A stretch of 64,000 nt of DNA, taken from assembly GCA_020137815.1 (NCBI GenBank), contig CM035360.1, positions 4,774,001-4,838,000 of the forward strand, in the 5' to 3' direction. The first letter of the stretch is position 1. The number at the start of each line of letters is the position of its first letter. This stretch comes from Hormiphora californensis (lineage: Eukaryota > Animalia > Ctenophora). The position numbers and the translations under genes are program-made. Below, piece by piece: positions 27,795 to 38,836 of the stretch. The notes below the pieces were generated by a model. That model was not told the origin of the DNA, did no database searches, and saw only the letters and a list, made by a program, of their open reading frames with translations.

Positions 27795-30700
27795 ATATTT
27801 TATGTAAGAGAGAAAGCTTTATAAACAGTGATTTAATGACTGTAGAAGGTGAATAATTAATAAATATAGCCATGGACATAATCATGTTGAACAAAATGGA
27901 GGGAAATGAAGAATGAGATTTAAAATAAGTAAAATTCCAAAGAGATAGAATAAGAGATAGAAGCCAGAGAGAGAGAGGAAGAGGAAGAGAAAAATAAAGA
28001 GTGAGAGGCAGTGTCATGGTAGAGAAAGGATAAGCTATAGCGGTTGCTGCCACACGTCTGCAGTGAACAATAGAGCTCTTAGACAGTTATATACAGAGTT
28101 CACATAGCACACTCTCACATTAGCTACAATGTAGACTACACTTAGTAGTTAAAATGAGGTTCCGTGTGTGAGCGTGAGATGAGTATTTGTGCGGCTATTA
28201 TATCCACAAAGTTACAATTCAATAATCACTCAAAACCACACTGGCACATAACAGCTTATCTTCAGAAAATAAGTAAAAGTAAAGTGATATAATGGTTATT
28301 CGGGGCCTGGCAAGGCCCCCCGACCCGAATATAACCCAAACTCAACACATCCCCTCTAAAACATCCCCCCTAAAACTAAAACAACGGGGCCGAGCCGACA
28401 GGCCCTTAATACCAGATGAAAAAAAACCATAACCATAACCATAACCATAACCATAACCATAACCATAGATATTTTTAGAGTGAAAGTTTTGAAGCCCCCT
28501 GAAGTAGTAGAGAGGTGTTCTATGGCTCGTTGGAAAGGTCTCGAGGTCCCGCGACGTATAGGGGGTGTGGCGATGGGTGTGCCCAAACCGATAAGGGGTA
28601 GGACGCGAAAAACAGTCAAAATAAGGGGTATACAGAACTCGGCAATTCGAAGGAGTAGAAAGGTGTTCTAGGGTGCGTTCGAAAGCTCTCGAGGTACTGA
28701 AGTAATTGGAATGTAATTGGAAGTAATTACATGTAATTAAAGGGTAATTACATGTAATTAAAGGGTAATTACATGTAATTAAAAGGTCTAAATGACCCCA
28801 AATGACAATTTAGACATATTTTGACATATTTGGAGGCCCTGAGACCAGCGGGTGGCCAAATTTAATCCGGTTTCGGGTCGGCTGACGTATAACCATAAAC
28901 CATAACCATAGATATTTTTAGAGTGAAAGTTTTGAAGCCCGCTGAAGTAGTAGAGAGGTGTTCTATGGCTCGTTGGAAAGGTCTCGAGGTCCCGCGACGT
29001 ATAGGGGGTGTGGCGATGGCCATACCCAAACCTATAAGGGGTAGGACGCGAAAAACAGTCAAAATAAGGGGTATACAGAACTCGGCAATTAGAAGGAGTA
29101 GAAAGGTGTTCTAGGGTGCGTTCGAAAGCTCTCGAGGTGCTGAAGTAATTGGAATGTAATTGGAAGTAATTACATGTAATTAAAATGTAATTACTGTAAT
29201 TAAGGGGCAATTAAAGTGTCTAAATGACCCCAAATGATAATTTAAGCATATTTTGACATATTTGGAGGCCCTGAGACTTGTGGGTGGCCAAATTTAATCC
29301 GGTTTCGGGTCGGCTGACGTAAAAACTCCGCGTTTTGGTCGAGATAAACTATAATAGTCTTACAAAACGTCAAGAGTGGTCAAGAGTGTAGTGCAGTGGC
29401 ATTGATCTTTAAAGGCCTAATCATACTTTCCAACTTAAACTAGCGGAGACATAGCAAAGAGAAATAGTGAGAGATATGGAGACCAGAGAAAGAGAGACCA
29501 CCCAGGCTGAGGAACTTAGCGTACATCCCTAATCCTTTACGGGGCTGGGCTCGATGAAGAAGAGAAAGAAAGACAAGGAGAAAGAAACACGTAGAAAGAG
29601 GAGAACTGAAAGGTGTACGTACATGCATGATTGTGTCACGCAGCCGGAATAAATTATTCATTCGTGAATATATAAACTGGTGTATCATTATTAAAACACA
29701 CACAGTCACACACATGTGTGTGTGTGTGTGTGTGTGTGGAAAACCGGCCAGTCCATGGGGACAACAAAGATAGAGTTTGAGACAAGAGAGATATAGATGT
29801 AGCTGTAACAGGACGTTGTGTATTATTGAACACTGAAATAGAGGATATAACTCTACACTCTACAGATATACATGCTGACAAATTAAAGATAGAGAAATAG
29901 AGAGACGTATCTAGAGAGACGTATCTAGAGAGATGTGGGCTCGATAGAAGTGGACTGTTGTTTTTATACATGAGAGCTACACAAGAAAAAGAGTGTTATA
30001 GAGAGAGAGAGAGCAATGTAGAAAGTACAAACTATGGAAACTAGAAAGAGCAATGTAGAAAGTACAAACTATCGAAACTAGAAAGTAGGAAAAGCAGAAC
30101 TACACACGATTCAGTGAACTGAAACGCCCACACACAAACAAACTGACAGACAGACAATGGCACATTTGTAGCTTGAAAAGTGAGGTCAACTGAATTTCCA
30201 AGGTAAAACGATGACTTGCTCACACACCCGGGCCTGAAAGAGGCTGTTAGGTGTGCCATGTGCAGTTGTTGGGTGGTCCACGTAGCTCCATCAATGTAAC
30301 CCTTTTGTGTCATATTATGTGAAAAAGGTAAAGAGATAGATAAAGGAGAAAGATAGAGAGAAAGAAGGATACCTAGAGAGATAAATGGATATAGATAGAG
30401 GGAGAGAGAAACAGTCCGCTTCTGGCTCTCAAAATTGCGTATACAAGACATGTTTCGAAAGCACACAAATCGAATTATAATGTTTACCGCAACAGGCATA
30501 TTGGTGGAACTATGCCAGTATAAATCCGAGTTGCTTATAATTACTGAACTTAATTAACGAAATTTGCGTTTAATTTTGGGTCCTGCTATAAAAAATAATT
30601 TCCCCAGAATTGTAAATTTTCAAAAAGTCGAACAAAAGTGTTCCGGCGCCGGGAATCGAACCCGGGTCTTGTGGGTGAGAGCCACAGATGCTAACCCCTA

Positions 30701-32200
30701 CACCACGTCGGAGATGTACGACATACATTTGGAAAGAAAGGCAAAAATACGATTTGTACATTTTCAAAAAATTCGAGTAAAAGTGTTCCGGCGCCGGGAA
30801 TCGAACCCGGGTCTTGTGGGTGAGAGCCACAGATGCTAACCCCTACACCACGTCGGAGATGTACGAATTAAGTTTGGAATGAAACTAAAAAAAGCGATTT
30901 GTACATTTTCAAAAAGTCGAGCAAAAGTGTTCCGGCGCCGGGAATCGAACCCGGGTCTTGTGGGTGAGAGCCACAGATGCTAACCCCTACACCACGTCGG
31001 AGATGTGCAAATTACATTTCAAGCTACTTTATACCTGAACAAACTATCAACAACATCACTTTCTCCACTGCTCCCATGAAACTGCTCGATGGTGATCTCA
31101 GTTACAGAGGATGTATGATATAAAACCCGGTCGAGGGCCACATGAGCTGATCTTCTCAGGGAGTTGTCGACATCTCCCAGGGACCGGCGCAGTGAGGTGC
31201 GGATACGACCCGCAAGGTGCGGGATCTTGTCCTGTTGTACCACTATAACTGGATTTGGTTATCATAATGGGGTAATTTACAAGGACAATTATTGTACCAC
31301 TATAACTGGATTTGGTGAGTTATCATTACGATAATTAACAAGGACATTTATTGTAATTAACAGGAATAATTATGTAATTAGCAAGTAAACAATGGACAAT
31401 CTAGGCAATTTGGTATTTGGTACACTGTACAGGTGGTAGATGTGTAAAAAGGCAAAAATAAGTAACGCAACACTGTACTTTATCCAAGCTGAAATAAAAG
31501 CCGCCCAAATGAGAAAAGGGGATGCAATATTGAAAAGAAAGCAATCTAATAGATTGAATCAATGTGTTACAAAATATCGTGTTGCAATATGTTGGGCATT
31601 TCTTGTCTCCCCCTTTTCTAATATCTTTCTCTCAGTAATGCCTTTACGTGTTGAGTAACAAGTACTATTTTTTTAATTTATCTACCTCAAAACCATATAT
31701 CCCAAAAGAGTCACTATCTCCATTGCATTTCGTAACGGACCAACGGTTAAGACTTAAGATATATTCTAAATGTTTGTAAATATTCCACATTGTATGTAAA
31801 TATTCACACATTTATTTACCGAACCCTCACAGAATAAAATAAAGATATCAGATGTGAATTATACAATAGACCCAAGATCATATCAACCCATGTAGACACG
31901 TTCAATACACACTATACCCCTCTGCTCCAACGCTAATTTCCAGCAGCTCGAGTGGGATGGCAATCACGAAATAACCTTTTCACTCACCCAGAAAGACAAT
32001 CGACAAAAGGAAGCTATAGGTCTGATTTCTGAACAAAGCGAGAGAAATATTAATTTGGAGTGGTGAGCAGAGGGACTACAGGTGTGTCTAACTCATATAT
32101 AAAATGAGAGAATGGTGCAAATAGAATGAAAGGGGGAGTGTGCGTGGAGTGTGTTGCCAGATGGAGCGCCATACGCATGAAAGAGATAGAGATAAAAATT

Positions 32201-32232
<32 letters not shown>

Positions 32233-32236
32233 TAGT

Positions 32237-32267
<31 letters not shown>

Positions 32268-32441
32268 TGAGAGAAAGAGAGAGAGAGAGAGAGAGATAGT
32301 GAGATAGAGAGATAGAGAGAAGGACATGTGACGTACCCGCACTGCACAGTCGTGTGGTAATAGAGACTGATACAAAGAGTTAAGGGAGAGAGAAAGTTAG
32401 AAATAGAGTGGGAGAGAGAGAGAGTGACAGAGAGAGTGAGA

Positions 32442-32487
<46 letters not shown>

Positions 32488-34179
32488 GTGAGAGAGAAAG
32501 ACGAAAAAGGCCACCTGGATCGTGCATAAAAAAAATTGAAGTAAAAAGCTGAAAAGAGAGAACAGCAAATTCGTATTGTCAGATTATCGTTTTACTGCAT
32601 GCAGTGGGGGCCAAGAGAGAAATAGAATTGGCAAATTAAACATCCACCAGCTGGACAGCAGCCGCAGTGGTTTCAGCAATAAAGGGGTGATAACCAAGGT
32701 GATAATTTAAATTATATATAGACTTCCGAGTGATATCTTTATATCGACCAATAAAATTCCTTCAAAATCTTAATGAAAAGTCTTTGTCGAGCAGCTAAAA
32801 TCATCTAAAAGCTATTATGATAGTCAGCTAAAAGCTATTATAATAGTCAGAGCAGTAAATCTAGCGATAAGGTCCTGTCAGGGGATGGCGCCGAGAAGGA
32901 ACGCGAGACGGCGGAGAGAGAGGGTGAGAGAGAGAGAGAGAGAGAAAAACAAAGAGATAGATAGATAGTCATAGAGGGAGAGAGAGATAGAGAGAGATGT
33001 ATTTAAGAGATAGAAAAGCATCAGGGCCAGCTGAAAAAGATCGTTTATCCTGACAGGTGCGTTACTCCTCTCCAGTTATATGAACGGTAGCAGGTGCTCA
33101 GTCGTGTTTATAACCAATATTACACATATAAACTATTAACACATTAAACAGTTAACCCTTTACCCAGTGGGGGGAGATCGATTTGTCTCAGTAGATTATT
33201 TCTAATAATGTGGCTTCACAAAGTGAATACCTCCAGGAGATAGTTTTACGCGATTTAAAATTCCGCATATATGACATGTGTAAGAAAGTTGCGGTTCTAC
33301 GATGGCTGGTAATTTTCACGTAACGTCTATGGTATAATTATTGCAAGTTTCACCGTGACGTATTTGTACTGAGTTTCAGATTTATAATGTTTGCATAATT
33401 TATGAGAAAGTATTTTCGCGCTGCTGCGTGATGCATGATAATTGGTAGACATATGATAATGATACAAGGAAATTGGTAGACAATGATGTTCGATGTCTAC
33501 TAGACATGGAACGTGTCACATTATTGGTGGCTTTATATGTGTCATATTATTGGTTGCTTGGAACGTGTCACATTATTGGTGGCTTTATATGTGTCATATT
33601 ATTGGTTGCTTGGAACGTGTCATATTATTGGTGGCTTGATATGTGTCAAATCTCTTACCTGTGAAGGCTACTAGGTGCTGAGAGGTTAGTAAGGGCAGGA
33701 TACCGTATCAAATACCCATCCGTCTCGACACTACTCCTCCTAGACTTCACCCTTGTCACAGGAGGGCTGCTCCTAGGTGAGGGAGTGGCCCGGGGTGTCC
33801 CAGAGGGACTCACCCGGGGTGATGATCGGGTCACGTAGGGTATGGGGCTGGACCCACTTCGAGCAGGCCTCACAGCTGGAGCTGGCCGTATGATAATGGT
33901 AGTTGGAGTAGGTTTCAAGGTTGGAGATGAAGAGGATTTAGCAAATGTGCCAGGAGGAGTACCTCTCGGAGGTCCTGCACCAGTAGTTTTGCTGTTGGCT
34001 CCACTGGGTGCAGTACTACTACTGGAGGTCTTGTTGCTAGCTCCACTAGGTGTACTACTGGAGGTCTTGTTGCTAGCTCCACTAGGCAGCAAGGGCGCTG
34101 GAGGTGGGTTGAGCGCCTGGATATTAACGTAATACCCCGACTTGATGCCAGATATGGCCATGTTTTGTACAGACTTCAT
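25224..34179 (-). CDS. Pro/Ser/Thr-rich upstream exons (33659-34179, 31988-32028, 31035-31248, 25224-25280), possibly the long N-terminus of the TMCC-like gene
   Basis: MKSVQNMAISG...SPRVSPSGTPRATPSPRSSP...LHR|NQTYSFLLSIVFL|VIVVQQDKIP...DSLF|SDDEEPNVIAGDEFETISD. All phases chain into exon 16326, giving a 632-aa model. It could instead be a separate gene. Confidence 0.5.
28295..29321. repeat. Composite repeat: GC hairpins, (ACCATA)n, two ~440-bp tandem units with internal 20-bp repeats (Helentron/DINE-like organisation)
   Basis: ORFs 28480 and 28923 are near-identical at offset 443. Hairpin GGGGCC-TGGCAA-GGCCCC at ~28302, (ACCATA)n at 28426-28467, TAATTACATGTAATTAAAGGG repeats. Confidence 0.6.
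30641..30712 (-). tRNA. tRNA-Glu(CTC) copy 3
   Basis: TCCGACG TG GTGTAGGGGTTAGCAT C TGTGG-CT-CTC-AC-CCACA AGAC CCGGG-TTCGATT-CCCGG CGCCGGA A cloverleaf with A/B boxes and a downstream T4/T5 terminator. Confidence 0.93.
30786..30857 (-). tRNA. tRNA-Glu(CTC) copy 2
   Basis: Identical 72-nt sequence, 145-bp spacing, T-run terminator. Confidence 0.93.
30930..31001 (-). tRNA. tRNA-Glu(CTC) copy 1
   Basis: Identical 72-nt sequence, 144-bp spacing, T-run terminator. Confidence 0.93.
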
Positions 34180-34840
34180 GATCTGTGTTTGGGATAAGGT
34201 GGGTCGAGCAAGGAGATGGGTGTACGAATGTACAACGCGATGACAAGGTATTTTCAACAACAAGGAGGTTGTGTCACAAGGAAAAGAGACTGACACACCT
34301 CAAGAGAGAGAGGGCTGTGTTATCTCACTTGAAATACGAGAATCACATACCCCAACTTATATTTCAACACTAGCTTCAATTCACCAAATATATAAGGCCT
34401 GCTATATATCTCTCTCTCTCTCTCTCCATCTCTCTCTCCATCTCTCTCTCTACGCATCTCCTTAACTCCTCATCAGTCGTCTCCCTGTGTGCGTGACACA
34501 TGTGTACATGCTCTCATGGTACACACATGCTCTCTCCTAGTCTCCCAGACTCTCTCTCACGCCTCCTCATATATAGTTATTATAGCAGTCTCTCTCCAGG
34601 CAATTACCTGTCTGACAACTACTACTATAGGATCACACTTCACTTTAATGAGATTCAATTCATTTAATATAGCTCCATTTACACCTCCAAATTTTCAAAT
34701 TCATTATCACTTTTGAATTATGCAACAAAAACTAGGGTATAATGATAAACCAGCTGAACTCCATTACATATTGGCTGAATATATCGTGTGATTGAGACAG
34801 GGTAAAAGTATGGTAACCATGGCAACTCATTTGCATCATG

Positions 34841-37800
34841 CTAGAGAGATGCAGTGTCCATGGAGCCCAACATTTGACGAAGACCTTGGTTATTGCAGGT
34901 CAACAGGTACCCAATCATGGCACTATCTCCTTTCTTTATTGCGTCATCGAGGGGCGTCGTGCCCCATCTGTCCTCTGTTGCCACGTCAACCTAGGAGGAA
35001 ATGGAGCTGTTGCTATGGTAACAGAGGAAACGGAGCTGTTGCTATGGTAATTATATAGAGAGAATTGAGATGTTGCTATGGTAACCTAGAATGGTTGCTA
35101 TGGCATCTTCATAGTCATACCTTGCATTTCTCCACAAGAAACTTCACTACATTGAGATGACCTCCCACAATGGCAAAGTGAAGGGCCGTCCTACCATCAT
35201 AGTCTTTCCAGTTAAAGTTGATCTTCAACTCGTAATATCTGAACATGATAATGATAATGATACCATGTTATAGCTATAAGAAAGGAACACGACTGTGCGG
35301 GTGTACCATTATAGTGTTGTGTTGGCACACGGAGAATGTTATAGTTCATACCAAAACATGAAAGATCAGATTCAGTGTCTTATTCAATAGTTGCCATGTT
35401 CTAAACATACAACCGTGATGGAACTGGAAGTAATAAGTTGAGAACGAATTCCATTAATTAACTCAGTCACATATACAGTCCTACAGTCCTAAATAAACAC
35501 TATTTCATTGTATCAGAACTATGCGACTCAAAAACAGCCGATTGGTCAACTTATTGATTCAGTCACATATAATTAACCTGATTAGTAGAGGAAGATCTCC
35601 CTTCTTAGCTGCGATTAGTAAATTCACCACTTGCACCTATAGATATGATACAAATAAGTGGATACGTTAATAACAGGAGGTTGATTACTGCGGGTTAATT
35701 AAAACTTAACAGGAACTAATCGACTGACATTTTGAAAGTATAACAACAACAATTCAACTAATATTTATCCTGACACTGTTTATCTTGACTCACCTCTTTA
35801 GTCTCATGTGTCGAGTTCCTGATAGTAGGATCCTGCTTTGTATGGGGCATGTGAACTAGATTATCAAAGTTGTGGAATGCAAACTGCTCCACCAGTTTCC
35901 TGCTGAATGCCACACCCCGGACACTGTTCCCTGCCCTGTCCAGGAGGGGCGACCACACCACCACCCCCATCACATCCGGTATTACTATCATGATGCTGCC
36001 GGAGATGGAGGATCGAGCGGGGAGACCTACCTCAAAGGACCACTGACCTAGTGGGTGGGTATAACTATTAGGGAGATAATATGCTACCATGAAAGTGGAG
36101 AGCTGCCATGCCTTCCCTGTAATCATCGAGCATGTAAAATGACTGATGAATAAAGGGACAATCTGGGTAATATTAGTTATGAAAGCAGTTATAGGCGTTG
36201 GTCTGGCTACACTTAATGAATGATACGGGGTGTGCCGGAGATAAGGCTGGTAAGGGGTATCCTTTCCTTATAAAGGTGGACCCTGATTTATCGGGATGCT
36301 CGGGGAAAGGGATTTGGTAAATCGGAGCCCGACTGTATCATTACTAATGACTCTTACCGGAGCTACTGGCAACTCCACAAGAGTGGAGGAGAGATAGCGT
36401 ATTCCTCACTGCATCTGGTGTAAATATGGCCTCTGCCGTGAAGGGGCAGATTCCTCCATTAGCTAGTGTGGCGGCCATGGTAGCAGCAGAGTCAGTAGTA
36501 CACTGGATAGCGCAGAGCTGCAGGGGAAGAGGTAAGCGTGGTGACCGCTTAGCGGTTAATACTAGCAATAATGGAGGATTTATGGCCAAAATAATATCCA
36601 AATAATGTGAATAAGTGTCTGAATATCAATAAGTGTGTGAATAAGCGTGCTCTAGTATTTACCTGGAGGAAGAGGTCAATACCTCTCCTACCAGGGGCGG
36701 CCGTCGGCCGATCACTGGACCAATAGACCATCAGTACACTGACCAAAATAATGTGAATAAGTGTGCTATTATTTACCTGTAGAAAGAGGTCAATAGTTTG
36801 TTTCACGTTGGTGTTTGGCGGGAATACATCATGTTCCATCAGGTAGTAAGCTATGGCATGAATCTCATCCGCTGCCATCTTCTCGGAGAGGTAATTAGCA
36901 TTGGAGAAATCCACCCCCTCGAAAGCAGCTAGCCGCTGGATATTCTCCAGGAGGTAATCGAACCGGTCAGGGAGGGAGTACTTGGGTTTCAGGAGGGATA
37001 ACACAGTCAACCCCCCTGGTTCTATCATAGCATTGTGAGGTTTATCATCTCGATCCAGAACCAGCGTATTATCATCACCTCCCAGGGGTTCCTTCCCCAC
37101 ATACCCATGAACAGTCTCCTCTCCACACTCACTGATCGCCAGGGCATACACCAGGACATCACGGAGCGATTGGAGGGAGAAAATGTGGGTATGGTGTCCG
37201 AAACTGACCCGCTGCCCGTCCACCGTGCAGATGCTCACTGCCCACTTGTCACCGGGTACCCGGGCTAGCTGGTGAATGTGGTCAGATACAGCCCCGGTTG
37301 TGATTGATTTACACTCCTGGTACAGCTCTCTGATTGTGGTGGAGAAGGAGCCGAAATCAGGGATTATAAGCTGATCTGAGAGGGCTTGGTTGATCAAACT
37401 CGCACTGGGCCGGCATATCTGCTCAAACTCCTCTATCGGGAGAGATTTGAGAATGGGGATCTTATCCGTATCTGTGACGGACCTCTCCGCGGTCAGGGCA
37501 TCAAGGAGGACAGAGAATCTGGGGTCTTTAAACACATTGATGCCCGTCTTGTCCAGACTGGAGATGAACTTCCTAACATTCACCTTGTTACCGTCAACAA
37601 AACTGTCCAGGTGGGCTTTATCAATACCAGCGTGAGGGTAATCAATAGTCTTCTGGTCAAGCTGTTCTTGGTACCTCTTTAGGGGGCTTGTGTAGGAGTC
37701 CTTCCTCACATGGGGTGATCCCCCCTGGTCACTAGGCGGCACCTCTAGACAGTGGAACTCTACTGGTAGTGAGTGAACACTTCGCTCGTCGTCTGCGTCA

Positions 37801-38078
37801 GTATATTGATGATCCAGTAATCTGCCACTCCTGCTGGGAGAGTTGTCTTGAAGGAGCTGGCCAGCGCTGAAAACGGAGAAGTCGCTCCTGGACTCTGTAT
37901 CGTAGCCCTGGTCGGAATGGTGATCTAATAACATATCTGGAACATGAGGGTGGCTGTTGTTGTTGCTTCTACGTTCCAGTACATGAGTCACGAGGTTATT
38001 GTTGTTGCTTTCCAGTACCGGGTTGTTGTTCTGGTGGTCGCTTCCTAGTTTGTACTCCCATGAAGATGAGTTGATCAT
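34841..38078 (-). CDS. Glutaminase-like protein C with C-terminal ankyrin repeats, 6 exons, 680 aa; predicted catalytically impaired
   Basis: Exons 36777-38078, 36358-36517, 35794-36047, 35578-35636, 35121-35238, 34841-34990 join in phase with no stops. Motifs [28 protein letters not shown] and [20 protein letters not shown] are present, but the active-site motifs are altered ([20 protein letters not shown]). Confidence 0.88.
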
Positions 38079-38836
38079 TATTTGATCTGTTATCAAAATA
38101 TTAACTCCTAAAACTGCTGCAGGGACTGTGCTGCTCAGAGCAGAACGGAGGAGGGTGGTGGCTGGAACAAGAGCTGATCAATATATGAATTGGAAATGAA
38201 CTGGATATAAATCTCCCACCAGATAGGGGGATCTGACAACTATATTGAGATCAGATATACTGGAGCAGATGAGAAATTGGTTGGAGAGATTAGGGCGTTG
38301 ACTATGGTGAAGCGATAAGTTCTGGGTGATGAGAGAGAGCAGTTTTCTGTCTCAATATTCTCCTCGTATGCATGAGTGGCAAATTGATGCCCGGGTTTCC
38401 CATGGTATTCTATCACTACAGGTCGAGTTGGGAGAAAACAATTCAATCTATACTAGTAATCTGTCAAAAAGTGACGACATTGGGAGAATAAGAGCGAGAT
38501 TCATGGAAAGAGTGGTAAGTGACATATTGTTATCGATGTTATTCAAATATATTCAAAACAATTGATTAGTGGTATACTTGAAAAAGTTGACGGTTAGTAA
38601 TTTCAATATTACAACTGCAGACATTTAAAATCTACAGAATTATATCGGCTAATAATAATCGTTTGATTTGTTTACTATTACCTAGTTGACACCCTAGACT
38701 GTGTGCGAGTGTTCAAGATATATAGTCCAAGGGCCCCACAAACATTTAGTGTTCAATTTATGGTACACGACACCCGTCTCTTGATACTCCAATCATCTCC
38801 TTGTACTGACTACTGAAAGGTGCCTCACTTGGTCTC

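Noticed and set aside
30641-31001. Repeat-spacer array or SINEs
   Set aside because: The repeats fold as complete tRNA-Glu with terminators and have no SINE body or tail.
34841-38078. Calling glutaminase C a pseudogene
   Set aside because: There are no frameshifts or stops across six phase-consistent exons, and the changes hit most active-site residues while fold motifs are kept.
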